A stretch of 64,000 nt of DNA. Source: Stegostoma tigrinum (taxonomy: Eukaryota). Positions 26,421 through 40,206 of this stretch are shown piece by piece (within the stretch, counting starts at the first letter, position 1; each line of letters opens with the position of its first letter). Made by a program: the position numbers and the translations under genes. A model generated the notes under the pieces. It was not told the DNA's origin and searched no databases. It was given only the letters and a program-made list of their open reading frames with translations. Location of the stretch: NCBI RefSeq assembly GCF_030684315.1, contig NC_081363.1:43989254-44053253 (forward strand), written 5' to 3'.

Positions 26421-27189
26421 GAAGCCAATTACCACTCCTTCAGTGTCATCAGGTCAAATCCCTGGAATTCCCTCTGTAACCGTATTATGGGTATACCAAC
26501 CCCAAATGGATTGCAGTGATTCAAGAGAGCAGCCCACCTCCACCTTCTAAAAGGCAACTAGGGATCGCCAATAAATGCTGGCCCAGCTATTGACACCCAT
26601 GTTCCACAAGTGATTTTTTAAAAAATGCCTACTGATTCTACCAGCCTTGATGCTGTGCTCCCATGCTTCTTTCACAACACTATATTTCCAAGATTTATTT
26701 CAGCTGCATGTTCTGAACTTGTGACCTGTATACTTAAGGCAATCATTAATGCATATTAAGAAAAGCAGTGGTCAGAGTAACCACTGCAGGTAACAATGCA
26801 CTAGTCCAAAAATCAAATCATTCACTATTACTTTGTTTTCTGTTACTTAGCTGATTTCACAACCATGTTTCACATCCATGACTGCATTACACTGCCTCTA
26901 TTTGAAAATCCTCTAGGTGGAAATTATTTGTTTTATCTGCCCCAACATGGTCATTTTTAAAAGGGTTTTTCAGATCATTCATCAATGCAAACAGCCCTGC
27001 AGCCAATTTCTATGTTATGTTTTATATAGCCTCTGGTCTACTATCATTCAGATGATCTTTTCCCCACCTTCCTTTTTATTCAATACAAGTATTCTTAGAG
27101 GGTGTAAAGCCACTTCCTACTGCTAAACAATATACCAGCAATATATTAGCCTACTTGGGTAATTAATGTGCAATACAAACAGGACACAC

Positions 27190-27246
27190 CTTCATTAATC
27201 CAAGAGCATGTTGTGAAATATTTGAAAACTTCATTTCCAACGGTTC
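27190..27246 (-). CDS. CDKL1: CDKL1 coding exon 7 (57 bp)
   Basis: EPLEMKFSNISQHALGLMK, with cag/gtgtgt boundaries. Confidence 0.92.
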
Positions 27247-27300
27247 CTGTGGAGAAAATAAGTTCCAGTTATACCAACAGTAGAAAAACTATTTTCAAAT

Positions 27301-27677
27301 GTTTTCCAGGCCAATAATCCTCAAAGACTGTCAGTTTCTTCAGTTCTGGTCTTAAAAAAACCTCCTGGTCCTTGCCTTCAATTAACTACACCTATGCTTT
27401 AGAATTCACTCCTTGTACCTTGTGATCCCTACTCTTTTAAAACTCTCCATAAAAACAGCCTGTCAAAGCTATTAGGTATTCCGCCTAGTGCCTCCTTTGA
27501 CTCTGTCAATTTTTGTTCTCTATTTTTATAGGGTTTAAATAGGGTTGTATGTAATTGTTCATAAGTTATTTAAATCTTTGCCAAATTAGTTAATGAAAAG
27601 CTTTATATTTAAATTGCATCTTTAATGATGTCAGGATGTCCCAAAGTACTTTACAGCCAATTTAGAAGCAGATGTGG
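27301..27677 (+). repeat. Local direct duplication, copy 1 (copy 2 at 30519-30958)
   Basis: Long identical runs shared by both copies, e.g. gttttccaggccaataatcctcaaagactgtcagtttcttcagttc and ccttgtaccttgtgatccctactcttttaaaactctccataaaaacagcctgtcaaagctatt. Confidence 0.9.
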
Positions 27678-27984
27678 TAAATGCGGTAATAATCAGAATC
27701 CCAACTGCAGATGTAAAGTTTCTCCATTAAAATAATTGCTTTTCCTTGTTTCCTCAGATGGCTGTGGCAGGCACTTATAATCTTCCAAATCCAAGTTTTG
27801 CCTTGGCTTTAGCAGAAAGCAGGAAAGCCTGCCATTTGTAATTAATTTATTCCGGAGGTTGAAAGTTCCGGCATGGCCAAAGGCTCATTTTCATAAGAGA
27901 GGACTGCCCCAGAGGGACTGGAAAAAATCAAAAATTCAGATCCTGATGTTTAATACAAATGGATGAGTCATGGTTTAAATGTTA

Positions 27985-28119
<135 letters not shown>

Positions 28120-28939
28120 TCAAGATACAATAGTAATTACTAAATCCTTAATGGACATATTAAAATTACAATGTGTTATTGAGTGCGCAAAGTCACACTG
28201 AACAATGCAAATAATCATAAAACATTTTGTGCTTTGATGGTACAATGTGAAACTGGCAAACAATCCAATCTCCACAATTAACTCTGAATGGACTCTCAGT
28301 TTGAGTTTATTTAACCGTTAAATTCAAAGACAAAGGAAGCCAATTTGACCTATAGTTAATCCAAGAATGCCATTCAAAATGCAGAGCAATTATACCATGT
28401 AGTGTTAAAATAATTCACTTTGGCAATAGAATAATATATTCATGTTTAATGCTCCTGATTAAAGGAAGTGCACCTGATGGCATACATTTGCAGTGCCAAG
28501 TCATTAAATATAGTCAATCAATCAACTGTGGCATTGAACACAAGGAATAAAAAGCAATTATAGTTTAAGTAACAGAGTTGAGTTCCCATTTTACCAATAT
28601 TATATCCTTTCCTTATTATTTATCTGTATTATAAATTTCTCTCACCGTGGAAGATATACTTATAGAATATTAAGGTTAAACAGACACTTGCATTTGCAAG
28701 TACAGAATTTTGATTGATAGATGCTAGATGGTAGGAAATGGACAGATTGTGGACATCAATAAGAAAATTGAGGATATAACTATATTGCACTTTAGAAGTC
28801 AAATTATTAAAAGACATCACTAATATGAACATAATTTGTCAAATGAATTGAAATGACAACTTTGACCCAATTGTTATGTTAAAAAGAAAATCATGTCTGC
28901 TCTTCTAAAACAGACATTCCAATCTGATAATCTAGATTT

Positions 28940-29255
28940 CTTTTATTCATTCACTGGATGAGGGCATTTATTGCCTCTCCCTAACAGCCCAGAGGGCAGC
29001 TAAGAGTCAACCACATTGCTGAAGGCCGGACCAGGTAAGGATGGCAGTTTCCTTCCCTAAAGGTCATTAGTGAACCAGATGGCTTTTTCCCTGATAATCT
29101 ATAATGGATTCATGGGCTTCATTAGACTCTTAATTCCAGATATTTACTGAATTCAAATTCCATCAGCTGCTCTGGCAGAATTTGAACGGGGTCCCCAGAA
29201 TGTTAGCTGTCTGGATTAACAGTCCAGTGATAATACCACTAGGCCATCATCTCCC
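28940..29255 (-). mobile_element. tRNA-derived SINE with LINE-like tail
   Basis: Minus-strand head gatggcctagtggtattatcactggact...cgttcaaattc. The tail gcaataaatgc...tgaatgaat resembles the tail of the 57930-60552 LINE. Confidence 0.6.
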
Positions 29256-29904
29256 AGCCAGTTCCACAATTATTCCTCACAGTTCGTATTGTGCAGTATT
29301 TTTAAAAAAACTGACACTGGTGGCTTTTAACCCTCACAACAATCTTAGTAACCCAAGGACATTACTACAGGCAACAATTTTTTTTCTAGAATATCATTTT
29401 TCTTCAGCTAAGTTATTTCAAGCATTGAGAGTGACAAATTGAACTGAATGAAAGACCATTAAAACTCGACAAAATGGACTTTTTCAAATGCAGATTTTCT
29501 GCGTCCTACTTTTCTTGAAATCTAACCTAAGTGTCATTGAGCAGATATTAAATAATCTCTGTGAAGGAGTTTCCAGAGAATGGGTGAAAGAAGTGATCAC
29601 CGAGATGGATCGAAAAATGATCAGAAGGGAAAGATGTGTCTAAACAGTCATGGTGGCAGTTTGCAGAAGGCACTGGTGGTAATTGCTGAGTAAATCACAT
29701 GGTCATTTTCTAGTACCTAAAATGATCCCCAAGCTGAAAAGAACTGATAGGGAAAAAAAAGGTTGCAGAGGCAAGTTTTTTTTAAAAGAAAAAATATTAC
29801 AAATACAGGATTTATTTCCTAAAATATTGCTGCATGTCTCAAGGGTATTATTCACTTTGGTCTAGTGACATTTAATGCTTGACATTTGTAAAATAAGCTC
29901 ATGG

Positions 29905-30300
29905 TCAGGGTTCGGGAGGTTTTGCTAAAATATACAAGTCACATTTCAGACCACACCTGAAATACCATGAATAGTTTTGGATGCCTTATCTAAAGAAAGC
30001 TACATTGACAGTAGAGACAACCCAGAGAAAGTTCACCATATTGATTCCAGGCACAGAGAATTTTCTTATGAGAAATGGTTGAATAAGTTGGGCTTGTATT
30101 CATTGGAGTTTAGGAGAACAAGAGGACACCCTCATTGAAACATAAAGATTCTGAGGGGGGTTTGACAGGGCAAATATGGAGAGGTTGTGGGAGAATCTAA
30201 GGCCATGCATAATTTAAAGGATTGCCCATTTTAAGACAAAGATGAGGAAGAATTTCTCCTAGGGTAGTCAATTTGTGGAATCCTTTACACCAGAGTGCTG
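29905..30300 (+). mobile_element. CR1 LINE 3' fragment
   Basis: Similar to the other CR1 tails in the window (cagaccacacctgaaatac..., ttggagtttaggagaa). Confidence 0.65.
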
Positions 30301-30518
30301 TTAGGGTGCTACTGCCCTGCCTCCCATCTACATAATCCATACACCTGATCTCATTAAAACACCTGTGAGTCTGTATCTAACCCCATACCAGATGGTGTTT
30401 ATCTAGCACCACTGTGTTTACTGATGAATCTTAGACCCACTGCCCCAATACCTTCATTTCAAAGTGTTCAGCCACATGTTTCCCTTTCCATAGCCTTACC
30501 CTTCTTCATGTCTGTAAC

Positions 30519-30958
30519 GTTTTCCAGGCCAATAATCCTCAAAGACTGTCAGTTTCTTCAGTTCAGGTCTTAAAAAAGCCTCACAGTCCATGCCTTCAAT
30601 TAACTACACCTATGCTTTAGAATTTCATTCCTTGTACCTTGTGATCCCTACTCTTTTAAAACTCTCCATAAAAACAGCCTGTCAAAGCTATTCGTTATTC
30701 CTCCGAGTGCCCCCTTTGACTCTGTCAATTTTTGCTCTCTGTACTGCTATGAAGTGCTCGGGATTATTTTCCTTCGTACTATGAAAATGTAAATTGTTGT
30801 TTAGATAAATTTAAATAGGTTTGTATGTAATTGTTCATAAATTATTTAAATCTTTACTAAATTATTTAATGAAAAGCTTTATATTTAAATTGCATCTTTC
30901 ATGGTGTCGGGTTGTCCCAAAGTACTTTACAGCCAATTAGACATTTTTCAGATGTGGT
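30519..30958 (+). repeat. Local direct duplication, copy 2
   Basis: See 27301-27677. This copy has about 60 extra nt in the middle. Confidence 0.9.
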
Positions 30959-31300
30959 CATGGTTGTATGCAAGTAAATGTCGCAACAAATTTGTAAACA
31001 GCAAACTCGCACAAACAAAAATATGATACCAATTACATTTTTATTTTTCGTAATCTTGATTGAGGTAGAAATATTTCTTGGAGGGCTCGTCTTCAAAAGA
31101 GAGTCGTGGGATCCACTTGATGGTGGAATTAAGCCATTGGTTTCATCTGAAAGAAAGCACCTCCAACAGCATGGTATTCCTTTAGTACTGCATTGGAGTG
31201 TCAGGTCTTGGTTCTCGTATCAAGTCTCTGGAGTGGAACATTATCCACAACCTTCAGACTTAGTGATGAGAACACTACCAGCAGAGTCATTGCTGACATC
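30880..31300 (-). mobile_element. Deu-domain SINE
   Basis: Reverse-complement homology to 10880-11320. Confidence 0.65.
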
Positions 31301-31366
31301 TAAACACTTAGAAAGAATCCTATACTGCTAAAATGCAAGAAATTGGGTTTTTTTGTAAACTTACTA

Positions 31367-31681
<315 letters not shown>

Positions 31682-31915
31682 TCATGCAACCAAACCTCAC
31701 TTTAAATAGAAAGAAAAAAAAAACAAAACCGCGTATGCTGGAAATCAGAAACAAAATCAGAAATTGCTGGAAAAACTCAACTTTGTTCTGAATAAGGACC
31801 CAAAACGTTAACTCCACTTTCTCTCCACAGATGTGGCCAGATCTGCTGAGTTCTTCCAACAGTTTCTGATTTTGTTTAATGGGAGGATACAATACTTAAA
31901 CAAAACCAGTGATCC

Positions 31916-33536
31916 CTATGCCTGCCTCTTTGTACGTTACGTGGAACAGTCCCTCTTCCGCACCTACACAGGCCCCAAACCCCACCTCTTCCTCCGGTAC
32001 ATTGATGACTGTATCGGCGCCGCCTCTTGCTCCCCAGAGGAGCTCGAACAGTTCATCCACTTCACCAACACCTTCCACCCCAACCTTCAGTTCACCTGGG
32101 CCATCTCCAGCACATCCCTCACCTTCCTGGACCTCTCAGTCTCCATCTCAGGCAACCAGCTTGTAACTGACGTCCATTTCAAGCCCACCGACTCCCACAG
32201 CTACCTAGAATACACCTCCTCCCACCCACCCTCCTGCAAAAATTCCATCCCCTATTCCCAATTCCTCCGCCTCCACCCCCACGATAAGACATTCCCCTCC
32301 CGCACATCCCAGATGTCCAAGTTCTTCAAGGACCACAACTTTCCCCCCACAGTGATCGAGAATGCCCTTGACCGCGTCTCCCGTATTTCCCGCAACACAT
32401 CCCTCACACCCCGCCCCCGCCACAACTGCCCAAAGAGGATCCCCCTTGTTCTCACACACCACCCCACCAACCTCCGGATACAACGCATCATCCTCCGACA
32501 CTTCCGCCATCTACAATCTGACCCCACCACCCAAGACATTTTTCCATCCCCACCCCTGTCTGCTTTCCGGAGAGACCACTCTCTCCATGACTCCCTTGTT
32601 CGCTCCACACTGCCCTCCAACCCCACCACACCCGGCACCTTCCCCTGCAACCGCAGGAAATGCTACACTTGCCCCCACACCTCCTCCCTCACCCCTATCC
32701 CAGGCCCCAAGATGACATTCCACATTAAGCAGAGGTTCACCTGCACATCTGCCAATGTGGTATATTGCATCCACTGTACCCGATGTGGCTTCCTCTACAT
32801 TGGGGAAACCAAGCGGAGGCTTGGGGACCGCTTTGCAGAACACCTCTGCTCAGTTCGCAACAAACAACTGCACCTCCCAGTCGCAAACCATTTCCACTCC
32901 CCCTCCCATTCTTTAGATGACATGTCCATCATGGGCCTCCTGCAGTGCCACAATGATGCCACCCGAAGGTTGCAGGAACAGCAACTCATATTCCGCCTGA
33001 GAACCCTGCAGCCATATGGTATCAATGTGGACTTCACCAGTTTCAAAATCTCCCCTTCCCCCACCGCATCCCTAAACCAGCCCAGTTCGTCCCCTCCCCC
33101 CACTGCACCACACAACCAGCCCAGCTCTTCCCCTCCACCCACTGCATCCCAAAACCAGTCCAACCTGTCTCTGCCTCTCTAACCTGTTCTTCCTCTCATC
33201 CATCCCTTCCTCCCATCCCAAGCCGCACCCCCATCTACCTACTAACCTCATCCCACCTCCTTGACCTGTCCGTCTTCCCTGGACTGACCTATCCCCTCCC
33301 TACCTCCCCACCTATACTCTCTCCACCTATCTTCTTTTCTCTCCATCTTCGGTCCGCCTTCCCCTCTCTCCCTATTTATTCCAGAACCCTCACCCCATCC
33401 CCTTCTCTGATGAAGGGTCTAGGCCCGAAACGTCAGCTTTTGTGCTCCTGAGATGCTGCTTGGCCTGCTGTGTTCATCCAGCCTCACATTTTATTATCTT
33501 GGATTCTCCAGCATCTGCAGTTCCCATTATCTCTGA
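31916..33536 (+). mobile_element. 5'-truncated Penelope-like retroelement (probably Neptune-type), with open RT C-terminus, GIY-YIG endonuclease and 3' pseudo-LTR
   Basis: ORF 31833..33182 has RYIDD (RT), a thumb region FLDLSV...HFKPTDSHSYL, a Cys linker CNRRKCYTC and GIY-YIG VVYCIHC..C..LYIGETKRRL..RF.EH. It is followed by a C-rich repeat ending ...cccattatctctga. Confidence 0.92.
33407..33434 (+). ncRNA. Minimal hammerhead-ribozyme-like motif in Penelope pLTR
   Basis: Same 28-mer, downstream of the GIY-YIG ORF. Confidence 0.62.
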
Positions 33537-34926
33537 TCCTTCAGTACCTGATCACATTGCTCAGCCATCCTAAAATACATCAATACGATTACTTTTAACT
33601 TGTAGTTAATTTAATATAACGCAGTTATGTTTTGAACTCTAAAGTGGCACAATAAAGCAAAGCACTGAATATCCAGTTAGTATGTAAAAACTGAAATAAC
33701 TGTGGATGCTGTAAATCAAAAACAAATTCAGAAATTGCTGGAAAAGCTCAACAGATCTGGCAGCAAAACACCTGCTGATCTGTATGTGCTTGCTTAGTAT
33801 GATCTGCCTGTACTGCTCGCAAAGAAAGCTTTTCACTGTACTTGGGTACACATGACAATAGATCAGATCAAATCAAAACATCTGTGGAGAGGTGGTTTGA
33901 AGGACAGTCACTCGATTCAAAACATTAACTGATTTCTCTCCATAGATGCTGCCAGACCTGCTGAGTTTTTCCAGAGATTTCTGCTTTTCTTTGTGACCAG
34001 TTAATATGGTTAGGTGATGTCAAATGAGGGAAAAAAAATTAACCAAGTCATTTAAACAACTCTCAACTCCTGGATGAGATCTTTTGGTTTTAACTCATTT
34101 AAAACTCATGCTCTTGTAGAATTGGAACCTTTATGTTTGCCTTAACATTTGGAAGACCTCAATCTAAGGTTTTAGGTTTTATAGGATGACAAGGTAAAGG
34201 TAAAGTCATCATAGTCCTACCAGACCAAAGGGCTGTTCTCTCATTAGAGAAAGAGAGAGAGAGGAATGACTAGTGGTGGTTAAACCTGAGGTCTAAGGGA
34301 AAGCTCTAGAAAGAGAGTACTTCAGGGTAACCTCAGCTGTTGATAGAATAAAACCCATGCCAGTGGCACCAAATCCAAAGACATGCAGGTTAGGTAATTA
34401 GCCCCACGTCATAGACCCCATACAGGGTTAGGAAAATGGAGGCAGTAGCTGCGTGGGATGTTATTTCAGTGCAGACTCGATGGGCCGAATGGCCTGTTTA
34501 TGCTGTGAAGGGATTCTATGATTAGCAATCACACTGCATCACAGACTGGCCAACAGAGCTAACCAAACCTTTAAAAGATAGCACTTCTAAAAAGTATCAT
34601 GACAGCTTAGAATTGCACAGAAACATCAGCCTAGAATAGTGCACTCCACTTCCATACCCGATCTATATTTAAATGCGTACATCAAAATAAAGACCACTAT
34701 TTCAGAAATGCTATATGATGGTTGATACATATATATTCAATGAATGAAACTGGTCAAAGGCATTTGAGTGATACTTAAAGCAGCCCAGTATTACTATTTA
34801 TTATTAACTCTGCAACTGCCCAACTGAGAAATTTATATTTCAAAAGTAGTTTTAATCTTGTGCTTATCAATATCGAGACACTTTTTAAAAAATCTGAACC
34901 AAAGATGCAGCAGTTTTTAAAATATC

Positions 34927-35345
34927 ATAGAGTCATACAGCATGGAAACAGACTTTTCAGTCTGACTTGTCCATGCCGACCAGGTTTCCCAAACTAAATT
35001 AGTGCCATTTGTCTGTATTTTGCCCATATCCTTCTAAATCTTTCCTATTCATGTACTTATCCAAACATTTATTAAATGTTGTAACTGTACCTGTATCCTC
35101 TGGCAGTTCATTCTACATACAAAACCACCCACTGTTCGAAAAATCTGCCTCTCAAGTCCCTTTTAAGTCTTTCTCCTCTCACCTTAGACCTATGACCTCT
35201 AGTATGGAACTCCTCTACCCTAGGGAAAAGACCTTTGTATTCACCTTATCTATCCCCCTAATGATTTTATAAACCTCTATAAAGTCAGCTCTCAGCCTCC
35301 TATGCTCAGTGAAAAAAATCTCAGCCTATCTAGCCTCTCCTTGTA
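34927..35345 (-). mobile_element. CR1 LINE 3' end
   Basis: Reverse complement of the CR1 tail seen at 9130-9700. Confidence 0.7.
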
Positions 35346-35462
35346 AGATTTAAAATAATATGAAAATTTCATTTCATTCAGATGATGGTGTTAATTGCAA
35401 GTTTTAGTTGGTATTATAATGAACTCCTAAACTGTTGTGATATATAGCAAATCAATTGTTAT

Positions 35463-35690
35463 AAAAACTGAAAGAACTAAGGATGCTGTAAATCGGGAAC
35501 AAAAACAGCAGTTGCTGGAAAAGCTCAGCAGGTCTGGCAACATCGGCAAAGAAAAATAAGTTAACATTTTGGGCCCGGTGACCTTCAACTGTCATTAAGT
35601 TCAGAGGAAGGGTCATCAGATCCAAATATTAACTGATTACTTTCTTCACAGATGCTGCCAGACCTGCTGAGCTTTTCCAACATAATTGTT
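35463..35690. mobile_element. Second-family hairpin element (head-to-head degenerate hammerhead cores)
   Basis: gctggaaaagctcagcaggtctggcaacatc ... gatgctgccagacctgctgagcttttcc inverted arms. Confidence 0.7.
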
Positions 35691-35841
35691 ATCTTTAGTT
35701 TAAGCATATAATCTACTCAGTCACTGAAGCAGTTATCTTCTTTTAGTAATGCCACTCAAGAACAGCTAAACAATTGTCATATATCTTATAATAAGTGGTA
35801 AAACTAACCATTAGATATTTGTTGAAAATATAGGATAGTCA

Positions 35842-35967
<126 letters not shown>

Positions 35968-36312
35968 TTAATGATTAGTTCGAAAAATGCTAAACAGTTG
36001 CAACAATAGCAAAAATATGCTAGCCCAGAAATTGCAGATTTGTAGATCTATTTTATCATATAAACTGTAATTCTTGACAAAATAAGAGACATCTGGAGAA
36101 AGCATATTTAAAACTTTTAATTGGAGAATTCCAATATCTATGCAGTTTCAACCCATTTTAAATTATATCCCAACAGCCTCTCAGAAGATTGTTTTCTTTA
36201 ATATATTACTGTCTATTTTTTACTACTTGCGGTGTTTTACATTTGATTGATCTGGTAGGTTGAAAATCAATCCAAATGATGCAAAAGGAGCTAAAATTTC
36301 TGCCAGCTGCAA

Positions 36313-36970
36313 AGAACAATACAGTTCAGGAACAGGCCTTTCGCCCTCCAGGCCTGCATCAACACACTTTGCCCTTCCTTACCTGTCTTCACTAATAGGA
36401 TCCGTATCCCTCTATTCCCTTCCTATCCATGTATTCATCCAGGTGCTCCTTGAATGCTGCTGTTGTGTCTGCTTCCACCACATCCTCTGGCTGTGTATTC
36501 CACACAGTCACCACCGTTTGAGTGAAAAACTTGACTTGCACATCTCTTTTAAACTCCCCCCTCCCCAACCTCCTGTGTCCCAGTGAAAACAAACCCGTCT
36601 ATCCAACTTTTCTTCATAGCTAAAATCCCCCACACCAGGCAACATTCTGGTAAACCTTTTCTGTACCCTCTCCAAATCATCCACATCCTTCTGGTAGTGT
36701 GGTGACCTGAAATGTATGAAATACCCTAAGTGTGGCCTGATTAAAGTTCAATAAAGCTGCAGCATAACTTGCCTGTCCTTATACTCAATGCTCCTTCCAA
36801 CAAAGGCAAGCATGCCACAGGCCTTTTTTACTACCTTATTTACGTGCGCTGCATTCAGTGATCTGTGAACCCGCACACCAGAACCCTCTGCGCATCAGTA
36901 CCCCTAAGGATTATGCCATTCACTGTATAATTTCCACCTGCATGACCTTCCAAAATGTATCACCTATTTG
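36313..36970 (-). mobile_element. CR1 LINE 3' fragment
   Basis: ORF 36392..36592(-): FKRDVQVKFFTQTVVTVWNTQPEDVVEADT..AFKEHLD is the CR1 C-terminus. Confidence 0.8.
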
Positions 36971-37040
36971 ACTGCAAGCTGGTAAAATTTATTATGTTAT
37001 TATTACACAATAAGATTTCTCTAAAAGATTCCATATACTT

Positions 37041-37136
37041 TTCTGAAGAAGGGTCCCAATCCGAAACGTCAGCTTTCCTGCTCCTCTGATGATGCCTGGC
37101 CTGCTGTGTTCCTCCAGCCCCACACTGTGTTATCCA
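37041..37136 (+). mobile_element. Solo pLTR tip of the related subfamily (further copies at about 2117-2211, 6932-7008, 39364-39449, 44048-44115, 56396-56487)
   Basis: ttctgaagaagggtcccaatccgaaacgtcagctttcctgctcctctgatg...gttatcc. Confidence 0.75.
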
Positions 37137-37924
37137 AACATCTTAGACTGTTTAGTCAAAGATTGAAACCAGTTAATGGCCTGTTTAGGTTATTTGATTT
37201 TACAGAATATCTATTCACAATGCTGGATGTGGATACTGGATTGGCAGGCATCAATGCCCCTATTGATACCAGTCAGACCTACATTGCCAGAATGTCTCCA
37301 TGCAAATACAGATGACGACATCAACATCGCTGTGCGTACAGAACAGTCAGGTAGCAAAGACACATACCTCAGGAAAAATACAAATATTCCTCAGTTAAAA
37401 ACTTCACTGTCTTCATGGCAAATGAAGAGATTCTCAAAATTGAGACCACGAGCGTGCCCATAATGGCCCATAATGAGCACAAATGCATTAATGGGAATGA
37501 ATATAGTTAATGATAACTGTTTTCTTCACTTTCCCTTATTCCACTTTACAGCATGGACAGTAAATGGATTGAGAGTTTCCAATTTAATAGACTACCAATC
37601 AATTGAAAATAAATGTTATTGTTTTTGCAGCTGTATGATTATTTGGACAACACCATCTTTACGGCAGGCAGCTAATTCAAGCAATGCACCCCATTGTAGT
37701 GCTGACAATAAATGACCAATTGAATGTAAAATAACAAAAGTAATTTAAGAATTCAGTATATTGAGGGGTGATTTTTTTTTAAAACCAGGTTTTAGTCTAA
37801 ATGAGGATTAGACATGCAAGGAGATCCACATTTGTTTATTTAATTGCAGTACATGAATCTAACTAAAGCTTTAAACATTCTCAAAATTAACCAGCATTGT
37901 AAAAATAGTACATTTGGTGCGCTA

Positions 37925-38080
<156 letters not shown>

Positions 38081-38959
38081 TCATTCCACTTCTATCTACA
38101 GTAGTGGTTATAAACTTGGTACATAGATTTAGTAGTGAAAAAAACAAAAAAGCAATACCACACTCAAAAAATAAACTATTAAAGACACTTGGATCCACTT
38201 TAATATGCATGAGAATATGGGAAACCTGGTTTGTCCAGTTTTTAAAAACGTATCAAGAACGGGAATACACACAAATCTAACAAAAACCTGGTACTGGAGG
38301 GATAAATGCTTAAAATGGGAATTATTCTGTAGCCTCCACTGTTTGCAAAGATTCATGCAAATAATATGCATTATTAATCAAGGGCTCAATTAAATATTGA
38401 CAATAAGAACATAGTTCACAACGGTAAGTCAAGACTAGACGAATGTAGGAAACCAATATGTCCTGCAGAATTGATGCTCGTCACATATGCTGACTCAAGT
38501 CAGTAATGGTTTCTCAACTGAAATACTATATCCCAGATGTGATTTAAATCACATATGAAATATTCAAACATGTAGAGTAATCATGCTATTCCTAAAAAGT
38601 GCTGTAAAAACTCTTGAAAAACAACTGAATTTTTTTCTACCAAATATTTATTTGTTCAGTGCATTTAGTACTTGAAATACAAACTAAAGAACCAGTTTAC
38701 ATTTGCTGTTTGTAGAATTTTGTGGCATAAATTAAATTGTGTTTGCCTATTTTCTTACACACCAAAAAGTTATCCATTGAAATGTGCAGCTTTGGGGTTT
38801 TATAAAGATATGCCAACAAAATTATTCTAACTAACTATACAACAATCTTTTCTGACATGATTTGCATCAAATTATTTTATCTTTAGGTCTTGCAGAGCTA
38901 TGTATTATTAACTCTTTTTTGTAGCATAATTCTGACAAAAAGCAATTAAAGCCCAACTA

Positions 38960-39328
38960 GTCGAGCAGTTTAGTGGCAGAGTGGTTAACAATGCTGCCTC
39001 ACAGCTCCAGGGACCTGGGTTCAATTTCAGCCTCGGGCAACTGTCCGTGCAACATCCAACCATTCTCTCCACGTCTGCGTGGGCTTTCTCTGGGTCCACG
39101 CATTTCCTCCCATAGTCCAAAGATGTGTGGGTTGGGTTAATTGGCCATGCTAAATTGCCCATAGTGTCCAGAGATGTGCAGGCTAGGTGGGCTAGCCATG
39201 GGGAAATGCAGGGTTACAGTGAGTGGGTGGCGAGAGTGGGACTGGGTGGGATGTTCTTTGGAGGGTTTATGCAGACTAGATGGGGCGAATGGCCTGCTTC
39301 CTGCACAGTAGATAGTCACTGATTCTAT
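38960..39328 (+). mobile_element. HE1-type tRNA-derived SINE
   Basis: gtggcagagtggttaacaatgctgcctcacagctccagggacctgggttcaatttc... is homologous to 50598-50905. Confidence 0.8.
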
Positions 39329-39531
39329 TTTTCATTGCCAAGAATAAATCAGTGCCATAGATCGAAGGGTCTAGGCCTGAAACATCAACTTTTGTGCTCC
39401 TACGATGCTGCTTGGCCTGCTGCGTTCATCCAGCTGCACACTTTGTTATATCACAGTAATCAAGCTTAGAATGCTACCTTCCTTGCTATGCAAATCAGGT
39501 GTATTGTGTAGGCTACACTCAATGTTACTTA

Positions 39532-40038
<507 letters not shown>

Positions 40039-40206
40039 CTAACACCAACTTTTACTACAGATTATTTGCTGAATGAATACTTGCAATAATAATCAGTTTG
40101 CGCTGAAAGCAACTCAGTTTCCAATTCCCACATTGTTTTGCACAGTTACGGACATTTTACATCTTGAACAGGAAGCTTCATTACAGACCAGTTCAACATA
40201 TAAATG

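Noticed and set aside
31833-31915. N-terminus of the 449-aa ORF
   Set aside because: Comes from an adjacent hairpin element and flank (GTG start). Not part of the Penelope ORF and no evidence of a domesticated gene.
31896-33163. Antisense and alternative-frame ORFs in the Penelope copies (also 11910-12598 and 46253-47580)
   Set aside because: By-products of strong C/G strand skew.
31910-33539. TSD tgatcc for the long Penelope copy
   Set aside because: Only 5-6 bp and it overlaps the element end, so it could be chance or microhomology.
38960-39050. tRNA genes (A/B boxes here and at about 1420-1495, 29180-29255, 50830-50905)
   Set aside because: These are SINE heads without a complete cloverleaf.
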